From positions 186,001 through 250,000 of the forward strand of contig NW_026782296.1 of assembly GCF_031769215.1 (NCBI RefSeq): DNA of 64,000 bases, read 5' to 3'. Position 1 is the stretch's first letter. Each line of letters opens with the position of its first letter. The notes beneath the pieces are model-generated. The model worked only from the letters and a program-made list of their open reading frames with translations, did no database searches and was not told where the DNA came from. The position numbers and the translations under genes were made by a program. This document shows, in pieces, positions 34,801-45,936 of the stretch. The DNA comes from Ylistrum balloti. Its lineage: Eukaryota.

Positions 34801-37800
34801 TAGCTTTTGCCAACAGTCACGGGCCACAAAAAGTAAGCGCTACATATCTCCCTTTTATCTACCTAACAAACAACGCCTGTTGTATCTTTTTATTTTTGAG
34901 AAAATTGTACATGTATTACCCTTAAATCTTAATGGATTTCATTGTTAAATCTTTCAAGTATATAAATTAACAACGTAACTGCTATAAAATAATTCTAGTG
35001 CCTATATGATTGGGGAGTATGAGTATGAAATGCAATTAATGGTTTATATGAGAAACTTCATGCCATCAGAATGTAACAATGTCTGAAATATATCTATATG
35101 TGTTTTGTTTAAGAAAAATCACTACATTATAAATATATCTACATAACAAAGGATACAAGCGTAGGAGTTGTTCGTAAACAATAGTATCAAATTCCACTCA
35201 TAACTTAGAACTTGCCAGGTCAGCATATAAATAGAAACAAAATATACCGTAAAGATCACCGTCGTAACTGGTTGCCAAGGAAAAATTCTGTTGTCAAGTT
35301 TGTCTACTTACATCCTGTATGATTGGGACACCCAGATGCTGTGTATTGGTGATAATGCAGGTCTCCTCTGGAGGGATCTGGGCATGCTGTCCTAGCTTTG
35401 CCAAATTCTCCTCAGAAATTCCTACATACAAAATTCACATATTGATAACATTTAAATAGTATTCAATCCCATCAAATCTAGTCTCCCTTTATAATATCAA
35501 ATCTAGTCTCCCTTTATAATATCAAATCTAAGTCTCCCTATATAATATCAAATCTAAGTCTTCCTTTATAATATCAAATCTTAGTCTCCCTTTATAATAT
35601 CAAATCTAAGTCTTCCTTTATAATATCAAATCTTAGTCTCCCTTTATAATATCAAATCTAAGTCTCCCTTTATGATATCAAATCTAGTCTTCCTTATCCA
35701 GTCTTCCCCATATCAAACCCTGTCCCCCTTTATATCAATCCCAGTCCCCCTTTACATCAAACCCAGTCTCCCTTTATATCAAACCCAGTCTTCCTTTACA
35801 TCAAAACCCAGCCTTTCTTCATATCAAACCCAGTCTTCCTTTACATCAAACCCAGCCTTTCTTCATATCAAACCCAGTCCCCCTTTATATCAAACCATGT
35901 CCCCCTTTATATCAAACCCAGTCCCCCTTTATATCAAACCCTGTCCCCCTTTATATCAAACCCAGTCCCCCTTTATATCAAACCCTGTCCCCCTTTATAT
36001 CAATCCCAGTCCCCCTTTATATCAAACCCTGTCCCCTTTATATCAATCCCAGTCTCCCTTTATATCAAATCCTGTCCTCCTATATATCACAATCAGTCTC
36101 CCTTCCAGTCAGTCTCCCTTTGAAATGTAGTCTCGTTTTACATCAAACTCAGCCTCCCTTTGTATCAAATCTGATCTATTACATTGAACTCAGTCTCCTG
36201 GTATCAAGCCTATTTCTGTATCTGATCTGGTCTCCAGTTGTATCAGACCTAATCTCCTTTTAAATAAATGTAGTCCCCCATCTTTTTCTAACCTTCATTA
36301 ATATCAAATCTAGTCTTCCTTTATATCAAACCTAGTTCTGTAACTTTACGATGTAGTCATAGAATGAGCATACCTCCTTTGTGAATGATATAAAGAAGAA
36401 TGATGCGAATCTTGTCATAGGCTGCAATGTTCTGGTCCAGTAGAATTGGTACAATATTTCTCATGTGGTCCTTGATCTTTTCTCCTTCAGCATCTGTACC
36501 CATGGCAAGGTCCTGTTATACAGAATTACAGAAAATAAATTAAGAATATCTTTCACTCAACATTCTAAGACACTGTCAAGTCAAAAACAGCTTTCAATAA
36601 ATGCTATTAAACAGCAGTATAACAGGACCACTTCCTGAACAGCAGATTGTGTGGTTTCAGGAGCCCCTGTCCAGGAATCAAGGTTAATGAATATATCATA
36701 AGATGTAAATTTTGTCAGGATGAATATTTTTGGAGGTTAAAATTTTTTCAGGGCTCGTGAATATTTTTGGAGGTGTACATTTTTTAAGGGCTCGTGAATA
36801 TTACAGGAGTTGTGCATTTTGTCAGAGCTAGTGAATACTACACAGCTGTATATTTTGTAAGGGCCTGCGAATACTGATTCTATTTGCCAAAAACATGAAA
36901 GTAGGATTGTGGTAGAATTGTTCATAAATTGAGCTGATACCTTTGAAATGAAATTCATGTGTGAAATTGTAAAACTCTTAACACAAAAGATATCAGTTGA
37001 CATAACTAGCAATGCATTTAAACAATTTCAATAATTTTAGACTTATTTTCCATCTGAATTTTTGTATTGTGTCCATAAATGGTAAAGATTTTTGAAGTTT
37101 TCTTAAAACAGCGCAAAGTACCTCCCTTACAACACTATTATCAAAAGGGATTAATTCTCATCAGTAAATTATGTGTTAACAGAGCCATCAAATTCTACTC
37201 AGTACAGTCATTTATATATCTTTTATCAACTAGATCTACAGTCATGAAGATTGAGAAAAGATTTCAATGTACCTGTTCAACCTTACAAAGCTTGTCGACA
37301 TGTTTCTGGTAAATTCTCATGCAGTCCTCAGCCAGGTGGAGGTGGGTGGAGTACTTGCTAAGCTCTTTCTGGTACTGTGGCATCTTCTTAATCATCTGTG
37401 ATACATCTCTCATGTTGGCTTTACCTCCCTCTGAGTCCTTCAGGCGTTTCTCTTGTTTGAATTGCTTAAGTTGCTTGTTTACCTGCCTAAGAACAAGTTA
37501 TTATCACAATACTTTAAAGTTTCAGTGTCTAGCAAATTTTTTTTTGAAGTGTAGAGAATGTAAATGTGGTTTACATTGGAAATTAGTCAAAACAATAGCA
37601 ATCATCTTCATTGATACACTACAGGAGAAATATGACAAAAGTTAAGAGCACAAGGCAACACTCCAGTATAAAGTGACGGCAATGATATCTGGTATTCATT
37701 TCAATTTTACATTTTTAAGTATGTACCAATAACTATCAGAACCTGAAATAAATACAGCCCAAAATGAGCAATAAGTTTCATGAAATAGTGATACAGATTT

Positions 37801-40800
37801 GGAAGATAATTAATATATTAATTGTAAATCTTTTATCAAATTTTGTTTCTACTTTGAGAAGTAAAAACCAAAAACTGTTCACAATTTAAACTTCAATCTG
37901 AACTCCATAATCTACTATAAAGACAAATTGAAACTTTTTACACTGATAACCTTGTTTGACCTATTATGAGATATCACAGCAATGTTTAACTTACTGTGAG
38001 ACAACAGCAATGTGTTGGTGACGAAGCTCAACCCAAAGTTCATCATTCTCATGTAAAAGAGATTCCTTGTCACTCATGTCATTCCCACTTGTACTCACAT
38101 ACCTACAAGAAATTGTATGAAATTATGAATATAAACACATCTCTGGTCACATAGAAATAAAGCTAAACACTAAGACCAACACAAACCCACTAATTATACT
38201 GATAAAATGAAACACTGTTCCTCTTTTGACAATATACATATGCATTCCTAAAGTACATTTTGTGCTCTGTGTACTGATTACCTGCATATACAGAGCTGGG
38301 ATGTCAATTCATGTCGGCTGGTGCATGCATGACATGACATTGAGACATTAAAAAAAAAAAAAAAAACCAGGACTCACAGAGATTGCAATTACAAGGCTAC
38401 ATTGTTTAGATATTAAGAGTAGATTATTGCTTGCACCTGGGATTTCAACACTGAACACAGTTGATAAGGCCTAATGTGAATAAAAGTGTTTGTGGATGTA
38501 ATTTTAATACAGCATAACATGTTTTTTTATGGTACTGTATAAAGATCCACAATTAAACATTTTCAGCAGATATAAAACGCTTCTAGCATCCTGAATTTTC
38601 AGAGAAATTGGAGACTGTATGACATGTGATACTTGGGTTATATGCATCACACCTACTTGTAAACATCGTTGGTGATTGGCAAGAGATCATATGCCATGGC
38701 CTGGAATGTTAGAGCATGAAGAAGAGGGGTGATTGGGTCAAATCCTCGGTCCAATATCAACAGCTGTGAGCGGTCCTTTTGTGGTCCCTGGTAACAGTAA
38801 CAGGTACACAATTAGAATACTCTCAAACGCACACAACAACGATGACAAATCATAGACAGATCAGTAAATCTCTTCTGATGTATCACATAAAATTCATCAA
38901 TTATGGTATCTAATCTAATCTAATGGATTTTTAAGATATCATTAAGGTGAAGAAATATGGTTATAAGTGTGCTTTAAGATGTTTTATTGAAGACACTTGC
39001 CAGTATAAAATGATACCTGCAATAATAACTGAGATAAAGAGTTGACAGATCTGATATCAAAAATGATATTTCACTTTTTTTTCTTTCTTTCTATTTGTAA
39101 ACAAATTTCTTTTATTCTTAATAGCATCATTGCTCCATCAAATGCAAATTGATATACACAACAATCATAACTCCCAATGTTGGGTCATCTCACCAAACGT
39201 TAAATGATAACTCACCTCTCCCATGGTGTGATCATCTGCACGGTATGCATCCAGCTTTTGTTGAACCATTTGAGCAAACTCAGCATTCTTGTCAAACTCA
39301 CTGGTGATAATACAAAGAAATGATTACAACAGGTAAATCTCAATACTTCAGTTAGGAAATGTCTGTTCCCTTTACTAATGTAAATATGAAAACATGTATC
39401 CAGTGCAGTTTTATTCCACTTTATATGAAACTGTTCATTTTTGACCCATGTTTAAATTGCCTAAAAATATACATTAAGAAAATAACTCTGCTAGAACATT
39501 GAATTCATGCCACAGCTAGAGCATTGCATTCCATCCACAGCAAAAACACTGGATTCAAGCCCTAACAAGAACAATGAATTCATGCCACAGCTAGAGCATT
39601 GCATTCCATCCACAGCAAAAACACTGGATTCAAGCCCTAACAAGAACAATGAATTCATGCCACAGCTAGAGCATTGCATTCCATCCACAGCAAAAACACT
39701 GGATTCAAGCCCTAACAAGAACAATGAATTCATGCCACAGCTAGAGCATTGCATTCCATCCACAGCAAAAACACTGGATTCAAGCCCTAACAAGAACAAT
39801 GAATTCATGCCACAGCTAGAGCATTGCATTCCATCCACAGCAAAAACACTGGATTCAAGCCCTAACAAGAACAATGAATTCATGCCACAGCTAGAGCATT
39901 GCATTCCATCCACAGCAAAAACACTGGATTCAAGCCCTAACAAGAACAATGAATTCATGCCACAGCTAGAGCATTGCATTCCATCCACAGCAAAAACACT
40001 GGATTCAAGCCCTAACAAGAACAATGAATTCATGCCACAGCTAGAGCATTGCATTCCATCCACAGCAAAAACACTGGATTCAAGCCCTAACAAGAACAAT
40101 GAATTCATGCCACAGCTAGAGCATTGCATTCCATCCACAGCAAAAACACTGGATTCAAGCCCTAACAAGAACATTGAATTCCAGACCAAACAAGAACATT
40201 GAATTCCAACCCCAACAAGAACACTGGATTCCAGCCCTAACAAGAACACTGGATTCCAGCTTCAACTAGAACATTGGATTCCAGCCCCAACAAGAACATT
40301 GGATTCCAGCTTCAACAAGAACATTGGATTCCAGCCCCAGCAAGAACACTAGATTCCAGCTCCAACAAGAACACTGGATTCCAGCTCCAACAAGAACACT
40401 GGATTCCTGCTCCAGCCAGAATATTGTGTTTCAGTTCCAACAATAAAATTGGATTCCAGCTACAGCTAAAACAATTATGCCCTTTTATGTTTGCCCTATT
40501 GACAAATGGATGAAACAGATGAAAGTTAAACTTTAGTGAAGGTATACATAGTAATCAATGTATGCAGTTTGTTTAAACACATCATTTATCAGGAAGAAGA
40601 TTATCATGCCCTGCTCAATGAAGAAGGACTGTGCTCTAATAAAACATGATATAATAAAAGGGAATCTAATGATTGTGTTTCCCTATGTAAGGATAATGAC
40701 AATATAATGATATGAAGTTCCATAACAGATGAAATAGTCAGTTGTGTAACCAATCAATGTTCAAATGTTAATTATCGTCGGGACAACACCACTCATACTG

Positions 40801-43800
40801 TTAACATAAAGACTTCAATTTGAAAAGAATATTACAGGAAGACGATCCATGAATCTATGCAATCAACAGTTCCATGTCTCCATAAAATTCATTAAATTAA
40901 ATACAGAGCTATAATTCTGAGAGGGGAATGAGACACAATTTTAATCAACAATACATGTAATTTTGAACAAATGTAAGTGATGGAATATGACAAACATTTC
41001 TTTCCCTCTGGCTCTACAAGAAGGAGCCAATTACTAAGTATAGTAGGATGATTTTTTTTCTACAACAAAATCTCCCACATAAGGCTGGTAAACATAGACC
41101 TTTTGCTACTTTGCATCCTTTGTAAATGAAAACATCTTGATGAGATAGGTCAGATGAATGTTGCTTACCTTCTGTATCTTACAGATGGGTACTCGCCTAG
41201 TGTAGCACACAAAGTAGCAATCTGTTCTGCACATCTTTCCAGGTTTAAAGTACGACCTGCTTGCTTTGAGATTGGATTGTAGAAAAATGGGAAAGTTTCC
41301 GCAGAATCAAGAGAGAACACCTGAAAGACATATTTGTCGTGTAAACATTAATTTTAAAAATCTCATGTATTTGAGGAATCTTCCTTTAAATCCTTTAAGC
41401 AATAATGTGATTATGTCATTTTTTATTTAAAATTATTTTTTCTTCTCAATTGATATTTTGTAAAAGCATGTGATGTCACAGAAGTTTTTCAATTGATACA
41501 TTATGCAAGTAAAAATACCCACATATAATAATTTTGTATCTAAAATTGAAGTAGAAATTGGTTTATAAAATGAACTATTTCAAAGTTTTTTGTATTGCAT
41601 TAAAAAATTTACTTTCATATTTTGTAGTTAATATAATTAAAACACTGAAAAAACAGATGACTACATGCAATTCTTACATTTTAGATTAATGCAAACACCG
41701 AGTTAAACTAAGCTAAACCTAACTCCCAGTGTTGATATGGATGCTGGTTATCACAAGCGACTTACAATTAATATACAAGTACACATACCTGTGATTCATA
41801 TGGTAAAAATGCAATGTTAATCTCCCTCAAGGATTTAATGAACTTGGCACAAGGTGATTTACTAAGTTCATTAAATATCTCATCTGGACAAGCTGTAAAA
41901 GAAATGGGATAAATCAATACAACAAATAACAGAGAGTAAATGATGACTAAATTACAGGTCATAATGGGGAATCATTTGCTTTGAAAAGGGGATGCAAATA
42001 TTATCTCCCCCTTTTATCATTAGTAAGACCGGTTGGTAAGGTATCTGTCTATCAACATTTTTTTTTTGGTGGGGCCTTGGTCATGGTTGATAGTCACAAT
42101 TCCATCCTACTTCGAGAGTAGTCTTGTTATTGATATGAGTCAAGAGACAGGTTTTCATTATACACTTTTTAAATATTGGGAAAAATCAGTATTTGAAAAA
42201 TATATTACTGTAAGCAGGAAGAATCAAATACAAAGTGGAATTCACTTTATCATATCATACGTACCTTCAGTAAAAAATACATGAGCGCATTTATACTGAT
42301 TCTTAGTTCCTGGAAACTCATTCATTAAAGCTCGCACAGACTGTAAAAAAAACCCAAAGAATTCTAAAAGATGATTCAACAAAATATTTTCACACATCAA
42401 AATTCACAAATGAATAAAAACTCACGCGTTTACAGAAAATGAGTAAACAATATACATTATGTGTTATTAAAGTCAAGAACTATGTATCACAAGAACAAGT
42501 CTACACAACGGAATCAAGTATAATGTTATTTGGTTTCCACAATTAACATGTGTAGTGATCAGAAGTGCCAATCCTTTTACCTTCTCTGTGGGTGTGATGA
42601 GGTACACAGATTCCAGAGGAAGGGGTTCTCGTCGCTTGTGCAGATCTTCTACCACTGAAAAAATTAACAAACTGAATTTGAATATCTTACTAATAAAGGA
42701 CCATCCGTAAAACTGGTCAGGACTTTTTGTGTCTTATACTTCTATAGAAAATTGAAGAACTCCGGTTGTATATTTCTGTTTCTCTCTCTTTTTTACTATT
42801 TTAAAATGGTATTGCAAATTACTAATGTCTTTTTTGTTTCATACTGGAGTCAAGTTGAGTAATAAAGGTATACATGGCGTTAACAATAAAGAATATCTTA
42901 CATGTGATCCCTTCTGACATAATCTCTGTCATCTTACAGCATGATGACACCATGCGTGTGCTGAGTGAGTCCAGAACCAAGACTTTCCATTCTCCTTCTT
43001 TCTTCACAGTCCTGATGACTTCATTCATCAATTCTACAAAACACAAAACAAAAACTTTACAATCATATGAATAAGAAAGAAGTATTGGAGACAACTTGCC
43101 ATACTATAACAAAAGTATCACTACATTCTTGGACATTCATAATTGCAGATTTCAGAATTCTGATCAGCAACAAATTGGTTGGCAGCTGTAAATGTTGAAA
43201 CAGTCTGGCTTAAATTAAGAACATCCACCTAAGTTAGCCATGTACAGAACCAGTAATAGAAACCTTTACTGTTGACTATCACTGAGAGTACACATATGCA
43301 GACATTCCAATACGCATGTCATAGGAATAAGGCAATTTCATATCAGAGACCGAGATTAACTACAATGATTTCATCAACTACCATAAACAGTTTTTTTTAA
43401 TTCACTTTAAATTACCGCAGTTCTTGATTGTTCAAACCTATTACCTCAATTATTCCAATAATATGTTCCACTTACATGTATGGCTACCGATTTCTGAACT
43501 ATTTATCATTGTTTCATACAAAGCATAATTGAATACAATAATACATTCACATTTCATGAACAAAGATGTGGTGTTGATTTGTTGGTTATCTATACCACAG
43601 TATTTTTTATGTTACTGTATGTCCTCGCTTGAAAATGCAGAGTTTTCAGCAACACAATTCAAAGATATTAGCATATGTTCCTTGGTTCTGCTATTGGCAA
43701 CCGTATTACCGTGTCCTGTTTTTAGTAACTGTATTCTTCATACATTTTATCACATTCACATTGCAAATATTTTTTGAAAACCACATGAATTTAAAAGAGT

Positions 43801-45600
43801 CTTCTTTCACACTTGAATGTCAACATAAGATTCTATTATTGAAAAATTTCAGTGACTGTTTTGGCACAGGAGATTCCAATTACATATACTTTGTATGCCC
43901 ATATTTAATACGAAAATGTCTGTTAACTTACATTAGCATATAATGACTAGTTCAAGAATTTTTTTATATCAATCTGCAGTCAATTTTGAAAAAGCTAATA
44001 GAATATCAGAATAATTTGGACTAGCCAGGATGGGAACTGTATTTGATTACCCCAGGTATTCTAAAGCTAACATCACCATTCCAAGATAACTTGCATGTAA
44101 TGTCTTAATCTAGACATCAAAAAGGTATGCTTATAAAGGTTGAGCATGTAACAGTCAGAGCATTCACAAAACAAAAACAGGTTTTGTGTGCATATTAGCT
44201 ACTCATCATCTCTATAAAATATTATCCCAACACTACTATTACAACAATCAATTGTACAAACACCAAAAACATCACCACCAGCACCTTACTAACAACTAAT
44301 CACTAACCCACAGTCAGTCAGATGGGACTTACAATAAGGTCCTGTGTGAGAATGTCCAACTTGTATGACAAAGATCCCTCATTGCTTTTTCGAAAAAGAG
44401 CAGGCGTGACAATGCCGGCCCAGGTGTAGGGTTTGATTAGTAATATAGATTATTAATAAGTAATTTTGATGGACTTTGAAACTACTATTAACAATTAATA
44501 CTATCAATTTACTTAGTGTAGGATCCCCTTCCTCATCCTCTTTGCCTTTCAATGGTCCTCTTGCTGGGATGTGCCAAGTGTTAGGCTAGAACTACAATTA
44601 GGCCAAAGGGTTGTCTTCTAAATTATAGTTTAAGAACAGCAAGAAGGAGATGGCCCCTCTCTACCTCATCTCTGAATCACACTCGCTCTCAACGCTTCCT
44701 ACTTTCTCTACTACTCACTTTTGTATCTTTACCTGTCCACTTAAAGGCCGTATTGGCAAACGTAAAACTGTTAATTAAATCAATGGAAAAATAAAAAGGT
44801 AGACTATGTGTCACTAGAATACTGATGCTCACAGGTGAGAAAGTGCCTATCAATACTAAGTAATGGAAACGGGAAAACTGTAACTATCCATGTAGATCTC
44901 TGGTGTAATGTGTCTCAGGGAAAACATAGCTAGTACAGCTGGATGCAAAACACTATGGTCTGGTCGAGGACATGTTGATTAATAGCTATTCAGAACTATA
45001 GAAAACTCATGAAAAAACTATACTTTTCAGATAAAAAATGAGGGACAAACCATCAGGATGTCATGGATTTTCCCCAAGCTACAGGAGAACTTTCTTTAAA
45101 AAGTTTTCATCTCAATAAAAACAAGGTGTCTCAGGTCAAGCCACAAAGATGGAGCGAAGTGGCCCACCTCATTAATTATCGTCAGTCCATTAAGGGTGTA
45201 GCTTATCCCACATAAATATTTGTCAAAATTTTCAGTTTTTCGTCAACTGGAATCTACGTGCCAGCGCCATGACCTTGCTGAATAATGCAATATAACAAAT
45301 GAGAGATGATGAAAAAATGCATCTCAGCATCTGAATGGTTTGTTCACATATGTGTTCGTTCATCATCATGAGACCCTGACTACTGCATCAAAAAATCAAT
45401 AACAGTCTTCTGATAACGAAAATATATCAGCTACAAACTGCAGTTGAATAAATTAAGCAATCGTATACAATAGTTCAACTATCAAAAGACGTTGTTACTG
45501 TGATGAAAACTGGAAAAAAAGATACAATTATCATGCTATTCATGGATAAATTTGTAAATAAACAAATCGTACGATTATGAACTGCCTCCTTCAACGCCAT
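25857..45600 (-). CDS. STXBP1: Syntaxin-binding protein Munc18/Rop/UNC-18 (Sec1 family), 16 coding exons, 593 aa
   Basis: Exons: 45573-45600, 42902-43033, 42581-42654, 42265-42340, 41789-41892, 41169-41320, 39216-39300, 38657-38787, 37995-38102, 37273-37486, 36374-36512, 35312-35421, 27288-27398, 26567-26655, 26066-26220, 25857-25930 (1782 nt, all GT-AG, in frame). Motifs [75 protein letters not shown]. Confidence 0.96.
28300..28730. repeat. Degenerate tandem repeat containing ccatggtaac palindromic cores
   Basis: attaccatggtaac 28535-28548, caccatggtaac near 28635, gttgccatggtaac 28712-28725. Confidence 0.6.
32940..33590. repeat. Degenerate ~39-bp minisatellite in Munc18 intron 12
   Basis: Unit resembles ccgaaatacaagtgtca(c/t)agctatatttattttgtgtc. 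Confidence 0.9.
34045..34119 (-). CDS. Candidate alternative cassette exon of Munc18 ([25 protein letters not shown])
   Basis: 75 nt, phase 0/0 matching the flanking exons, no stop, acceptor ttttgcatgcaacag, donor CAG|gtgaga, locally GC-richer than the intron. Confidence 0.55.
35465..36330. repeat. Degenerate 22-26-bp minisatellite filling most of Munc18 intron 11
   Basis: Units tttataatatcaaatctaagtctccc and tttatatcaaacccagtcccc. Confidence 0.9.
36705..36880. repeat. Short degenerate ~36-bp tandem repeat (about 5 units)
   Basis: Recurrent tttt..agggctcgtgaatatt...ggag units. Confidence 0.65.
39495..40460. repeat. 75-bp tandem repeat, 9 near-identical copies, followed by degenerate ~20-40-bp subunits (Munc18 intron 6)
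   Basis: Period 75 (ATG at 39507, 39582, ...); the track shows 9 identical 25-aa translations. Confidence 0.97.
44330..44450 (+). mobile_element. Possible SINE fragment in Munc18 intron 1
   Basis: The segment tatgacaaagatccctcattgct resembles central domains of mollusc SINEs as I recall them; no pol III head seen. Confidence 0.25.
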
Positions 45601-45936
45601 CTTGAATTTATAATTCCGCAGCGACGATGCGCAGAAAATTAACATAAAAAAATATGTACGAATGTAGATTTTGCATTAAACTTTGTTGAAATATTTTATG
45701 AAGTTATAAAAGTACACGATTTTCCCTCTTTACATTTATGTTCTCATTATTTCACCGGCCAATCTATCCTCATTTACAAGCCTCGTTTTCACTGACGTCG
45801 ACTCGCTTGCACACTTTATAGGAAGTGTTTGAGGAGGCTGTACCACTAAGTTCTGGATGTAGTTTTACTGCTCCTGGTGGAAATATAGACATGAAAATAC
45901 TATTTATTGTGCAAGGCAACAGAAGAAACTGTTGTC
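45601..45936. promoter_or_regulatory. Promoter of Munc18, probably bidirectional
   Basis: CpG-rich patch directly upstream of the Munc18 ATG; TGACGTC (CRE-like) near 45793, GGAAGT near 45821, TGCGCA near 45628; an ATG exon on the opposite strand at 45937. Confidence 0.55.

Noticed and set aside
32863-36130. Several short repetitive ORFs (PKYKCHSY..., PSPPLYQT...)
   Set aside because: Translations of degenerate intronic minisatellites.
35465-36390. Intron 11 array as another exon-donor-derived repeat
   Set aside because: Only a short purine-rich resemblance (ATAAAGGGAG vs ACAAAGGAG) and no GT retained.
39491-40249. ORFs on both strands with 25-aa repeats
   Set aside because: Products of a 75-bp (3n) intronic tandem repeat; no splice or start context, and no variation between copies to indicate coding constraint.
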